Program-made: the position numbers and the translations under genes
Source: Zootoca vivipara
Lineage: Eukaryota
Direction: 5' to 3'
Length of the DNA stretch: 64,000 nt
Assembly (NCBI RefSeq): GCF_963506605.1
Contig: NC_083276.1
Location: 124,558,001 to 124,622,000, forward strand
Shown: positions 1 to 13,900 of the stretch, one piece after another
Position numbering within the stretch: position 1 is the first letter of the stretch
Layout of the letters: every line of letters starts with the position of its first letter
Notes under the pieces: model-generated
The model's database searches: none
What the model saw: the letters and a program-made list of their open reading frames with translations, nothing else
What the model was told of the DNA's origin: nothing

Positions 1-930
1 CGTGTCCGACTCTTCATGACCCCATGGACCATAGCACGCCAGGCACTCCTATCTTCCACTGCCTCCCGCAGTTTGGTCAAACTCATGTTCGTAGCTTCGA
101 GAACACTGTCCAACCATCTCGTCCTCTGTCGTCCCCTTCTCCTAATGCCCTCCATCTTTCCCAACATCAAGGTCTTTTCCAAGGATTCTTCTCTTCTCAT
201 GAGGTGGCCAAAGTATTGGAGCCTCAGCTTCACGATCTGTCCTTCCAGTCCTTCCAGTGAGCACTCATGGCTGATTTCCTTCAGAATGGATAGGTTTGAT
301 CTTCTTGCAGTCCATGGGACTCTTAAGAGCAGGGGTCAGCAAACTGACTATATTTTGGAAAAATATATGAACGAATTCCTCTGCCCCACAAATAACTCAG
401 AGATGCATTTTAAATAAAGGACATATTCTACTCATGTAAAAACACCAGGCAGGCCCCACAAATAACCCAGAGATGCATTTTAAATAAAAAGACACATTTT
501 ACTCATGTAAAAACATGACCGTCCGCGGGCCTGATTTAGAAGGCAATTGGGCCACATCTGGCCCCCGGGCCTTAGTTTGGGGACCCCTGCTCAAGAGTCT
601 CCTCCAGCACCATAGTTCAAAAGCATCAATTCTTTGGCGATCAGCCTTCTTTATGGTCCAGCTCTCACTTCCATACATCACTACTGGGAAAACCATAGCT
701 TTAACTATACGGACCTTTGTAGGCAAGGTGATGTCTCTGCTTTTTAAGATGCTGTCTAGGTTTGTCATTGCTTTTCTCCCAAGAAGCAGGCGTCTTTTAA
801 TTTCATGACTGCTGTCACCATCTGCAGTGATCAAGGAGCCCAAGAAAGTAAAATCTCTCACTGCCTCCATTTCTTCCCCTTCTATTTGCCAGGAGGTAAT
901 GGGATCAGTGGCCATGATCTTGGTTTTTTT
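1..930 (-). mobile_element. BovB (RTE) LINE 3' fragment interrupted by a hAT MITE
   Basis: Minus-strand peptide [31 protein letters not shown]; same family as 7393-8128. Confidence 0.92.
330..589. mobile_element. hAT (Charlie-like) non-autonomous element nested in BovB
   Basis: TIRs CAGGGGTC..CAAACT / AGTTTGGGGACCCCTG; 8-bp TSD cttaagag/ctcaagag; internal duplication of about 70 bp. Confidence 0.85.
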
Positions 931-1734
931 TGATGTTGATGTTTGTATGTTTGATGTTTGATGTTTGTATGTAGAGGCCTATATAAAAACATGATGTGAC
1001 CAAATGGCAAGCGAGGACAGGGTTCTTATCCAAGATAAGGAAGGTTGGTCTAGATGCCTTCCCCTTGCTTGCTTCTACAAGAAGAAAACCCTCTGCTACA
1101 GTTCCCTGCATTGATATGATTTTGCTAGCAGTTTGGGATCTCTCATCTTTTCCTAAATGGATTATGTCCTCCCCTTCTTACCACCTGTCTGCTCTCTCTT
1201 TATTCTACAAAAGCCTTCTGACTGCACAATGAGGTGGGCGTTCCTCATGAATTTTCCTTTGCACAAAAGCACTACTGCAAGAAGTAGAGTTAACTCCTGA
1301 TGCCAAAGCAAGCAGGCAAAGGATTCTTTGTATAGACCAGGAACCCAAGCCTATTCCTGTGCATATGTAAGACTGAGCTGCTTATGGGAGGTTTAAATTT
1401 TCCTTTATCAAGAAATGTGAAACCTACATTGACAGCAATGTACATTTTATATCCATTCAACGTTTCCCCTAGCATTAACAATATTTGGATATGGCACAAC
1501 TAGCAAGAACACTTTTGGCTTCTCACAAAATATGTCCACCCTCCATGACAATGAGAAAATATTCAGAAAACCTTCTATAAAATGTGACAATAATGGAGGA
1601 GCCAGGGTGGTCAATTTCATATTGTCCAATTTTGTCTTTACATTTAATTAACCTTGTTTTCTAATCACTCCTGTGATTTGCTGTGCTTCTAATTCATTTG
1701 AAACATAATATTAAGGGCTATCCCCAAGTACATT

Positions 1735-1780
<46 letters not shown>
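1735..1780. repeat. (AAC)n microsatellite
   Basis: Directly visible. Confidence 0.95.
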
Positions 1781-2939
1781 GGGTATAAATAATAAAATCA
1801 TCATCATCAAGTACCAGTAATCCTGTATTCCTGTTCCCTACATAATGGCGGGTACCAGAAGGTAGCCTTGTTAAACAAAAAGCAAAAAACAGGAGTAAGA
1901 AGGCCAAGAAGTGTGCCTTTAGTGTATCATAATAACATGGGTATCAGGAGGAAAATGTAGTGCTCAGCACACTGATGTTTCAGGCACTATGCAATAGGTG
2001 TTCATTAACACAGTTGTTTTCTGAGAAAGCTTTGCGTTTAATTTCCCCCAACCCAGGAACACTCACCAGTGAGCTTTATACCATGAGAAAAGCTTCCGCC
2101 TGCAGTGCATGAGACAGTGCCCAGCATGAATACACACATGGAAATGAATGGCTGTATGGCAGGAATGTTGTTTCTAGGTGGCCTGAGCCCTGAGCTTTTT
2201 CTGCCAGACCCTACCGGTAGATCTGTCCAGTTAAGAAACTTATTTAAAAAAACAAAAAATTTTGATGATAGGGCAGCTGGACACACTGGAAACCACATAC
2301 AGTACCGTAGCTGGGAATACCCATCCATGTACCATCTTAATTTGTCCAGAGAAATATACAGTCCTGGATGGGGTAGGGAAGAGATGTGTGTGAAAGTGGG
2401 TGAGAAACACAGAGAAGGCATGTTAGACGAGCAGTGCACACTGATGAAGGGGTGATAGCAAAACACAGTAACCAATAAATCGGCATAAACTAATTCAAGA
2501 AATCCTAGAATTAAGGGGTCAGCCATATCACACCAGGGAGTATCATCACGTGCGTTGCTCATGTCATGTTCATACTGGTTTTAAAAAACCTAGCGTGGGT
2601 TGGCCTTCAGTTAAAATAATTTAAGTCTGTGGGTTTCATTGGGTCTACTATAGGATGACAAAACTTGAATACTACCCACTATCTTGAAGATAGATATTAG
2701 GAATATCATATCCCAGATAGAATTGCATGAGGCTTCTTCAATTGCTAAATTTATCAGGCTGTAATTTGGAGGAGGATTGGGGCATGCAACTAATTAGCAA
2801 GGAAGTGCCACGAAGCATGCGTTTATCCAGTGTTTTCCCCTCGTTACTGTGAAAAGGCAAATACGATGTCGTCTCACATCCAGAGTTAAGGAGAAGGGTT
2901 GTTAGGAATTTAATTACAGGAATTTGAGCTTCGCTCAAG

Positions 2940-3330
2940 TTTTCTTTCGAAGCGAAGTGTTCTGGACCGGATTAACTGGAAGATCGGGGGTGCTATTGGC
3001 TAAGCGGCGACCAGAAAACTTCTCCTCTGCAAGAGAAAAACATCCTACACGCCCCCCTCTAATGCGGAAGGAGGCGGCCAGGGCTGAAGCCTCAACGCCT
3101 CGCACTCGTGTTTCAAGCTGTTGAATTCACGATCAGTACTTACTCTCCTTCACGACCTGCTGCTTCTGTTTCCTCGCCCAGTTGCTATCCCTCTGTGCTG
3201 CGATGCCTGTCTCAGCAACAGCAACAGAACGAGCAGAAAGGACTTCAGACGATCTGATTTTCTACGTGAACGGCAAAAGGGTGAGTGGAAATCGAGCTCC
3301 CCGAGGACGCGGTAAGAGGTGCTTGGGGGT
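2940..3330 (+). promoter_or_regulatory. CpG-enriched promoter/5' region of AOX1, no obvious TATA
   Basis: Local CpG enrichment around exon 1 relative to the CpG-poor flanks. Confidence 0.5.
3203..3280 (+). CDS. AOX1: AOX exon 1 ([26 protein letters not shown])
   Basis: LIFYVNG motif; donor gtgagt at 3281. Confidence 0.88.
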
Positions 3331-6300
3331 ATTTCTTCCTCTCACAGTGCAGCTTGAAGTGTAGCAAAAGGAAACTGCCTGTACTGTACTGCCCTCTGCT
3401 TCCGATTAGAGGGTCCCAGTATAGTACAGTAGATACTCCTCTTCCAACAAGGCGTTTGCATTCTGCGTATTATGCAAACTGCAGAATTGCTTCCCTGCCG
3501 GCGGCCCTAGCGAAAAACGCAGCGGCAAATTAAAAACCCTGGAAGGTTTGCATTTCACGTGCTGAGCAAGTTGAAACTAGACACCTTTGCTCAGAAGTGA
3601 ATTCCTCTGGCTACGGTAGAAGTTACTGCTAAGCAAGTGTGCAGACAACTGCAGCCATAAGAGTCTCGTTGATGTTAAGAAAAGCAAGTCAAAACTCTCG
3701 GCAGTCAATCCTATTTATAAAATGTCAGGCTATAATGTGTAGCCTTTCGAGTGTTTGAATATTGCAGGAAATTCAACCCACCCACCTGTTATGTACTGAG
3801 CTGAATCCTAGAACAATAGGATTCAGAAACAGCGGGAGCTACCCAATCCAACTCCAGGTGGAAGTGAATCCGCAACCTGATTGGCCTGCTGGAGCAGCCA
3901 ATCAGGCGGCTGGCAGAAGTGAATCTGCTACCTGATTGGCCTGTAGGAGCAGCCAATCAGGCTGCAGGCAGAAGTCAATCCACAATATAATTGGCCCACA
4001 GGTGTAGCCCTGAAGCAGCCAATCACGCAAGGCCCATTGTGTAAATAATGTATATAAGCAGATGGTTTTGGGAAAAGAGCCATTCTTCTTCTCCTCTTCT
4101 CCTTGATGACTATGAGCTGAATAAAGAGCATGAAATTCACTCTCGACTCCGAGTACATTTCACCACCCCTTGTGCGCAGTTCTCCAGCATAATAAACTCA
4201 CAGTGGCAAGGGTGTGCATATTTACTTGCTGGAAACAAACAAGGGCATTTAGATTTTTTAACATACGGAGACTTTTAACATACTGGCTGATGGGCGGGCA
4301 ATAAATAAGGAAATGTTACACCTCTGCTGCCTCTAAATCCCAGATTTTTGGACTACATCCCAGATTTTTGGACTACATCCCAGATTTTTGGACTATTGGG
4401 AGGGGAGAGTGCTGTTGCTCTCATGTTCAGATTACAGGCTTCCCACAGGCATCTGCTCAGCCCCTGTGACCTAGATGGGCCATTGGCCTGATCCAGCAGG
4501 CTCTTATGTTTTAAAGTTTCAAGGGCATTCATGGATAGTGCCCGTGATATTAGTTCCACCCCTATATCTTACTTCCATTTTATTAACTCTTAACTTTGTC
4601 ATTTTAATTTCATTTTTTAAAAGGCCCTTCTATACACTTCTGCAACGTACTACCACGGTGTGGACTAGGTTGCTGGTTTTAGTTTTAAAAGCACTGCCTT
4701 TCAATCTTGATTTTTAAAAGCATTTCCTCACTGGCAATGCTGTTCTCTCAAGCCATCACTACTCATCTGATTTCCTTTGCAAAAATTTAAAAAATCAGTT
4801 TATCTACCCCCTATAGAACCCCCCCCCAAAACCTATCCTCTGTGTCAGGGAACCTTTGACCCTAAACTACAATTCACATCATCCCTGACGCATTGATGGT
4901 GCTTCCTGGGGCTGATGAGAGTTGTAGTACAGCAACATCTGGAGGGCTATAGGGTCTCCAACTTTGGTCTAGACCTGAGCTTACCTATATACCTACATTT
5001 CCCAGAAGCCTTAACTAAACTACAGTTCCCAGGATTCTTTTGGGGTATCCACGACTATTAAATGTGGTACAGGAGTGCTTTAAATGTGTGCTGTGGGTAT
5101 GACCACCTGGTTTTCATCCCCCTCTGCAGATAGTGGAGAAGAATGCTGACCCTGAGCAGACATTGTTGCCTTATCTAAGGAAAATACGTATCCTTTCTTC
5201 ACTTGTGGCAGCCCAGAATCAAGTCAACTGTTTCTACCCCGTTTCTCGCTCATCTCCTGTTCTTTCTCACTCTCTTACACTTCTTCACGCACACCAAACA
5301 AATCTGTCATTAAGTCTCTCAGTGCTTGCTTTTTTAAAAACCAAAATGCAGGCTCAAGGAAAGGAGTCTGCATATTTGCTTTCCAAAGCAGGGCTGAGGA
5401 AGGGGGTGGATAACCTCTTCCTCACTTGCTGTTTGGGGGCTCAGAATGCCCCTCCCCAGTGCTGCTTTCTCTCCCAATGGAAGATCTATTGGCATTGTTG
5501 AATGTTCACATTTAAAAGACATTCTAGTCAGTGGTTAGAGAGTCTAGCCAACGCAGGTGTTCTAGTCACATGTTCCAATGCATGCGAAGGGAACAGCACT
5601 TTACAAAGTAATCTTGCTTCCCCGCATCACATGTGCCAAGTAACACCTCGTCCTCTGTGCCTACAGGCAAAACATGGAGACATGATCTGGAACTCTGAGC
5701 ACCTTGTGCACACAGCTGTAAATACAAAGGTTCCTTCCTTGAAGGCATGAGACAAGTGAGCAAAACATACTCATATAGGACTATTGCATTGGCTGCACAG
5801 GGCTACTGGAACTAGCTTCATTCGAACACTGTCAACTTCATCTGCCTATATATTTTGTAGTACCATATTTGAAAGGGGAGGGGAGGAAAATGAAGGTTAA
5901 TTCAGTTTTATGAGGGTCTAGCATTTGGCACCTTGAAAGAATAATGGAAGATTACTGTACATCCATTTAGATAATTTTGTATCCCATTTTCTTTGGTTTA
6001 ATTCAGTTGTTGATGTGGCATTAAATTTATGTGGTTTTGTACTGTCTGTAAAGTTTTGTGGCTAGTTTGTGACCAGCCTGTGAACTACACAATAAACATA
6101 GAAAGGAAACGGAGGGAGGATGCTTTCTGTATTACACGAAGTCCTTTCCATATCAAAAGCAAGAACATGAAGTACTGAGCAATGCACATCTTGAAAAGAA
6201 GTAGTAATTTAAAGTGCCTTCAGAATTTTTGTCAGTTATATAAATGTGAAAATTTCCATGTTATAACATCGCTTCAAATTGATTCAGATGTCTTCAGATT

Positions 6301-9300
6301 ATGCACGGTTTATACTAGGAAGGCCAGTGTTATTTAACATAAACTTTCCATTTGTTTTTAGTGCTGGAGATGTTGCACCCGTTTTGGATTGCTAGTCATT
6401 TTCGTAAGTCTGATGATACCGATAATAGGATTTTATGCTTGGATTAATGATTTCAAACAGCACATAAGCCTCTGTTATGAAAATGTAATTGCTTCTTTTT
6501 GTTCTGTAGCACTCATTAGTTTGTAGCCTACCGATAATCTTTCCTGCAACAAATCAACTTTGCGCTTCTATTACTTTAATTGTACCTCATTTAACTCTTT
6601 AGCACTGACTTGCCCAGAATAAACTTGAGGGAGGAATCCATTGAACCATCACTTTGGAAACACTTGTTTTCAGGAGTGATGGTCCCCATCTCCAACACAG
6701 TTTGAAAGCCTTGCAGTCCAATGAAGTGCGTGTTTACTCTGCAGTAAGTTTTTCTTAGTTCAGTGACCCTTACTTCCAAGTAAGTGCATGATATTACATC
6801 CTTAGCTTGGAAAACATAAACTTCTGCTTGTCACAAAAGTAACCCATGAATCTCAGTAGGTTTATTTGGACTGGTCATCATCTCTCAACCTACCTAGCCT
6901 ATGTGGCAAGTTTGTTATGAGAATAGCATTAGGACTGGGTCATATGACACCCTGAGCTTCTGGGAGGAATGGTGAAATAAAAGTACAATCAACCAACCCA
7001 AAACAGATACCCTGTTTAGGCCTAGTAAAGGTCAGTATTGCAATGTGAGAGTGTGCCCCCAGGCTTCTAATCTTGAAATAATATATGGGTGGGGATGTAT
7101 GTAATCTGGATTTTTGGATATTTTGAAATTCTGCTTCAAGGCAGAATTTCTGCACCAAAGAAAGCTAAAATATGCAGTTGCACAAATGAAACTTATAATT
7201 ACTTTTATTGTGTTCTTTATTCTGCTCTAGTAGTGGGAAAATAGAGAACACTAAAGTCCCTTGCTGCTTACAGTCCTACTGAGTCCCACATCCCAGCTTT
7301 GGATAGTTAACTGGCTATTGCCCCCATTTTTTCAAGCAACCTCCCTTCACAGCCATAAGGGTTCCCAGATAATATGTTTGTACCTTTTAATGCTTGATGG
7401 CAGAAAGTGAGGAGGAATTAAAGAACCTTTTAATGAGGGTGAAAGAGGAGAGCGCAAAATATGGTCTGAAGCTCAACATCAAAAAAACAGATCATGGCCA
7501 CTGGTCCCATCACCTCCTGGCAAATAGAAGGGGAAGAAATGGAGGCAGTGAGAGATTTTACTTTCTTGGGTTCCATGATCACTGCAGATGGTGACAGCAG
7601 TCACGAAATTAAAAGGCGCCTGCTGCTTGGGAGAAAAGCAATGACAAACCTAGATAGCATCTTAAAAAGCAGAGACATCACCTTGCCGACAAAGGTCCAT
7701 ATAGTTAAAGCTATGGTTTTTCCAGTAGTGATGTATGGAAGTGAGAGCTGGACCATAAAGAAGGCTGATCGCCGAAGAATTGATGCCTTTAAATTATGGT
7801 GCTGGAGGAGACTCTTGAGGGTCCCATGGACTACAAGAAGATCAAACCTATCCATTATGATGGAAATCAGCCCCGAGTGCTCACTGGAAGGACAGATCTG
7901 TGAAGCTGAGGCTCCAATACTAGGCCACCTCATGAGAAGAGAAGACTCCCTGGAAAAGACCCTGATGTTGGGAAAGATGGAGGGCACAAGGAGAAGGGGA
8001 CGACAGAGGATGAGATGGTTGGACAGTGTTCTCGAAGCTACGAACATGAGTCTGACCAAACTGGGAGGCAGTGGAAGACAGGAGTGCCTGCCGTGCTCTG
8101 GTCCATGGGGTCACAACTAAACAACAACACCTTTTAATGTGTATTGCCAGAGGACAGGGGTGGGGAAACTGTGACCCTCAGGAGGTTGGTGGACTACAAG
8201 TCACATCAGCACCAGCCAGCATGGCCAGTGTTCAGGGCTGATGAGTGTTGTGTAGTCCAGGAACATATGGAGGACCAATGGGTCCCTGTCCATGTCTTGT
8301 TATATGTGGATGGAGTAAGACAAGCTTGTCCCAGGAGCAATGGTGTTCCAGGTTAAAGCAGACAGAAAATATGTGTAGTTTTCCTCCTTAACTGCAGCTT
8401 TTTCAGTCCGTCTTACAGGTACCAAGTATGGCTGTGGTGGAGGCGGATGTGGTGCATGCACTGTGATGATCTCAAGATATGAGCCTATCACTAAGAAGAT
8501 TGTGTATCCTTTCGAGCCAAGAGACTGGTAAACTACACATTGCAAATCTCTTCCTTGGATGAGGGATATTGTTGGTTTAGTATGTTTATAGCTGTGCCAT
8601 GATTTCCATGTCAGGGACTTGAAACCTGTAGCCCTCCAGATGCCGTTGGGCTCCCAACTCCCATCAGCCCAGGCTAGTATTGTCAGTGGAAAGTGAATGC
8701 TCATGACTCTATAAAGGTGACCGTCAAACATGGTAAAGTGTTCTTTACATAGTATTTTTCCGTATTGTGCTGGGGGCTGTTTATGGGAAAGTGACAAAAG
8801 TATAATACAAAACAAACCAACCCAGAAACAATTGAGCTACATTAGCTCAGTGCATAAATACAGGCGGTGGCCATTTTAGGCAGTTCCAACTGAAGTGTTT
8901 AATTTTAAATATATAATTATAATGCACACAAATAATAGAGGCAAATAATATACATATAATAAATGCTAAACACATTCTCCTTTACAATCCAAGTCATTAT
9001 TCAGCCAATGCATGCTTGATTCCCATATGTTCATTGCATGGCAGTGCGGTCATCACTGTAGAAGGAATTGGAAATACAGAAACCAGGATTCATCCAGTTC
9101 AGGTAAATGCATGCTGTAACTTGTGGGAGATTTTTTATTTGCTCCATGTACATTTCAGCAACCAGCAGTGCTGTGAATATTTATTGGGAACCGTCCAAAC
9201 CATGAACACAGTTGCAGAGATCTGAGTATGGTGCAGTTGAAACCTGCATCCAGACTATAAGAGCACATGCACATGTGAAAATGGCTACAGCCATTCCATT

Positions 9301-10907
9301 TGTATCATAGCTAAGTACATTTTAATACATCAGGCCATGGCACTACGGTAATCCAGAAAAACATCCAGCTTTGCAGGTTACTCTTGAGCGGAACATACAG
9401 TAGCTCCAGCTATTCATTCACGAAGAAAAAGAAATAATTGTGTTTTATTACAATGTCGCAGTGAAGGCAAAGATACCAGCAAGAGATCCTCACAATGTAC
9501 AAGTCTCCCCTGAGAGTGCACATACACACACACACTAATAATGGTCATTTTGCTAATTTAAAATAACTTGTGGCTGGACTTTTTGTCCTTCCAGAGATGG
9601 GTAAAAATGTTTTTGTTTTGTTTTACTTTAATTTTGCTTAATCAGTAACTTTAGATCTCACCTTTTTTCCATCATGAAGCTCAAGGCAGCGTACATAAAG
9701 TTTCTCCAGGCAGCCTGCTCTACAGGCAGCCTGCTCTACAGGTTCTGACCTGACTCAGTAAGGTGGCTACAATCTTCCCCCTCAAACCATGCCCAGGGAC
9801 ATTCATAAGACCAATGGTGGGCAACTATGATTTTTGTATTTTAGCTCTTGCTTTGTGATTTTATTACGGGGTTGTTTTTTAATGTGGAATTTAAACTCTT
9901 GTTGCCTGTTTCAAATTGCTTTTCTGATGTTGTAGGCCTCCTTGAGGGGATTCTTGGGTCTGATGTGGCAAACTATAAGTAAGTCAAGCCCTAAGTATCA
10001 GACAGGACTACTCTCATGTGCAATACATATGTAGCCCTCCTGGGCTTTCCCCTTTTTTCCACTGCATCTGCCACTTGAGGCCACTCGTGTTGTAGGTTGG
10101 CTCCCTGTTTTAGAATAGGCAAAGCCAACATGGTGCCTTCCAGATATCGTTGAAATTCCCAACACCCATTAGCCCAGGCCAGCTTGGCCAGTAGTCAGGA
10201 ATGATGGGAGCTGTAGTCCAACAAGGTCTGGAAGGTACCACATTGCCTACTCGTGTTTTATAACAGCAATCAACTCATGTGCTCTCGCAGCAACACATGC
10301 AGTTCCATAAGCAATAAGCCTTTGGTGACCTTTATAACATTTCAGGTTCAGCTCCTGCATGAATTATGAGCAGGCTTTCATTTAAAATATCTGAATAAGA
10401 GAATGTGGTAATCCTGCAGCAGGTTTTCCATTGTCCCAGGAACGGATTGCCAAAAGTCATGGCTCTCAGTGTGGCTTCTGCACCCCTGGAATGGTGATGT
10501 CGATCTACTCCTTACTGCGCAACCAGATGGAACCCACATCAGATGAAATGATGGAAGCTCTAGCTGGTAAATAGTTTGAAGATAATTTTAAACTCTGAAT
10601 TGTTTTATGCTGCTTTTATCCGCTGCTTCTTAACTTGTATTTATACTGGATTTTTAAAAAAACAAAACCCTCAACATTTCATTGCTGCTGTTTCATGTGT
10701 AAGTTGCCCTGTAGATTTTTTTTTTAGGGTAGCATAAAAATCTGTTAAGTACATAAAAATAGTGATTTTTAAAAAACCTACATTTGTGGTTTGGGTCTTC
10801 TTATCTTGAAGAAATAACATTATCTGTTTTATTGTTTAATTAGGTAATTTATGTCGCTGCACAGGTTACAGACCTATTATTGACTGTTGTAAAACCTTCT
10901 GTAAGGT

Positions 10908-10984
<77 letters not shown>

Positions 10985-13900
10985 TCTGTTCATCTGGTTC
11001 TCTTATTTCCATTTGATATTGCTCTCTGTGACATAATTCTGCATTCACAGATTTTGGGATAAAGGGCATAGCTTAGTGGTAAAGCATTTGCATTTTATGC
11101 AGAAGGTATCGGGTTCAATCCTCAGCATTGCTAGATTGTGCTAGAAAGGACTCTTGTTCAAAATCCTGGAAAGATGCTGCCAATTAGTGTAGAGTAGATG
11201 GAACTATGATCCAACACAGCTTCCTATGACCTACAGAAAAAAATGTCAGGCACGATTATGAGATGGATTGCTGATTATAAAACGAATGCATTGTTACCTG
11301 CCACCCCAATTTCCTAGTGATGCAAGATTCCAGGGGTTCCGGGCACTTACCCTGGATCCATGTTTCCTTTTGGAAATTAGGCACAGTGTAGAGTCTTTAT
11401 GACATATGATATGGCATATTTACACATATATGCAACCTTTAGGCTACAATGGAGGGACTCCCAGCATCAGGGCCGTCTTAAGCATAGCTGGCGCCGTGGC
11501 GCGAACTATCCCTCCGGCGCCCCCCTCCTGTTTCCGAGCACGGCTGCCGTGCGGGCGGAGCAGCGCGGCACCCCCCTGGCACCTTGCGCCACCCAGCCTT
11601 GCCTTAGGGCCGGCCCTGCCCAGCATTACACTTTAAGAAAGTCTTGCTTTTGAATTCAACCTGGGATTCAAACTGACCTCGGGCATGCTTCTGACCCTCT
11701 CTCTCAGTGATTTCATTGTACCTGCTTAAATTGCTCCCACTGATACCAGTGGGATTTAAAAAGTTTAACTGAAAAGGTATTGTGCCTTTTCTTTTTTTTC
11801 TTTATAAAGAATTGTGGTGGTTGTGCTGAATTCCATGCCCAATACCAAAATTGTTTCTGGCAGTTCAACTGCAGAACTATTAATATATACATAGATACGT
11901 GAATACAATTTTTTTTTGGGGGGGGCAGTTCCATTATTAGCTAAAATAAAAGTTCAGTCTAAGGCCTTTTTGGATCATTGGAAGCCATTCCACTTTTTGC
12001 TTATATCCATATTTCTCTTTACTGAATTTTGTATTTAGGAATCCTCTTGTTGCCAAAATAAAGTTTATGGGGATTGTTGCTTGAATCAAAAAGATTATTT
12101 ACCTTCACCAACTAATGAAAAAAAGGTAAGTTATCTGATTAACACACTCCCCCTTTCCTATTTTTGTTTGTTTGATTGATTGTAACAATTGTTGGTGGCA
12201 AGAACAAAATTGGTATAAAAAGAGAATTCCTGGATGCCAAGATTCACATTTGAGGCAGGTACTATTTGGAGACAGAACCCCAGCAGAGATTGAAAATCAC
12301 AAAATATGCAGCAAAGCGGGGAAATATATGTTCTTAGGCTTTTAAAATATGCCCCTGTGAGTTCCTTCCATAGTTGCCCTCTTCCCCATCATAGAAAAGG
12401 CTACAAATTTGGTAAGTTAAATGGTTTACTTACAAACTCTCCAAAGATCAGGTTCATGTGCTTTTTCGTACATCTGTCAGAAAACACAGGCGGTGAAACT
12501 TGGCTTAGTTACAGTGGTGAAAGTTCGTAAATTATTGGTATAGGAACACACACAAAAAGGCTTGTTAGAGCCATGTGGCTAAGCTGCAGCAATTATTAGC
12601 CTCTTCACAAGCTTTTCAGGTGGACTGAGCTAAACAAAGGCCACTGTTCATGTGGAAGAGAATGATTCAGATTAAACCCAAGAACCAGAGAAAGTACCGT
12701 GTTTATCCAAAAATAAGACACCATCTTATATTTATTTTTCCTCAAACAAAAGCCACGGTGGCTTATTTTCAGGGTATGGCTTATTTTCGAAGAAACATGG
12801 TAAGTAGATGGAATAGGCAAAGACCCATAGCACTTTTTCCTGCCACTGTATAATTGAACGAACTATAGCCACCCTAATATGAGATGATAGCCTTATGCTA
12901 ATAAAGGCCAATAACAATATGAGATGATAGCATAACACAGTCACAGTGATAAATGCCAGTTCTTCAGGGCAAAGTCTGAAATCTACCCAACTTATTATTC
13001 AGTTTGTAAAATACACACTCTTGTTGATTTCAATGGAAATTCACACATGTGTGTACTGTCTTTCTCTTTTTAAGATTTGTACAGCACTATTTTCTGCAGA
13101 AGAATTCCAGCCATTGGATCCCACCCAAGAACTAATATTTCCGCCAGAACTCATAGTAAGAAGAATTAACATACATACAGCATGCTGTCTTACAACTAAG
13201 AGCCAATTTCCACTATCATTTTAATGTGGTATTTGGGGTACTGGGTTAGTCGTGAACACTGAATTCGTGAAGAAGCAACCTTGTTCTGTCCCACGGGTCC
13301 AAATACAGACCAGGACAAAGGTTTGACTGATGCCCCGCAGGACCCTGTTGCAGGGATTCCAAAGAAAGATGCACAGAAGGCCAAAGCGATCGGCTCTAGT
13401 GCTTTATAAAAGAGATAAATCAAGAGACTTGCAGCAGTGCAATGCAAGGTTCCTTGCTACCGCACCTCAGGGCAGATGTTGTAGGGGCAAACACCGTGGC
13501 TTTGTCCATGAGGAGCCATTTGTATATGAGTTACTTGTACAAAAAGCAAGCTATATAAGCTGGCAGCAATAGCCCAATTAACCATCCCCACTTCCATCCA
13601 TCTCTCAGATATGGGGGTGGCTGACAGGCAGGCAGAGTGAGGAGTCTCCCCTCTCCCAACTAACTGAACCAAAACTAAGGTTTCAGAGCTTCATAACATA
13701 CAGAAAATCATGTATGATTTCATTTTACAGCTCACACCAATTAGTTATATTGACTACCAAGATACATACCTTCCAACTCCCGGTTAGAAAAATCCGGGAT
13801 CAGCAGCGCTGGCACCGGAAGTCTCTTCCAGACATGCATAGAAGCAACTTCCGGTGCCAGCGCTGCCCAATTTCTGGTGCCCAGACAAGGGCAGAGCGGC

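Noticed and set aside
16-808. Plus-strand ORFs 16-417 and 515-808 (also 7601-8059 on the minus strand)
   Set aside because: Antisense reading frames of BovB fragments.
960-2560. Possible upstream gene exon or ancient L1/Tx1 remnant (ORFs 2038-2562 and 2105-2455)
   Set aside because: Only vague motif resemblance, with no clear splice structure or domain; a tBLASTx/Dfam search is needed.
2547-2597. E-box (CACGTG) and XRE-like (TAGCGTG) motifs upstream of AOX
   Set aside because: Short motifs expected by chance; no conservation data available.
4912-4930. Other CTGATGA matches as hammerheads (also about 8238 and 34160)
   Set aside because: No stem II, GAAA and stem III context.
11062-11140. 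tRNA gene-like sequences (also about 22900-22960, 47030-47058 and 47180-47250)
   Set aside because: Degenerate tRNA-like heads that continue into SINE bodies, with no intact cloverleaf.
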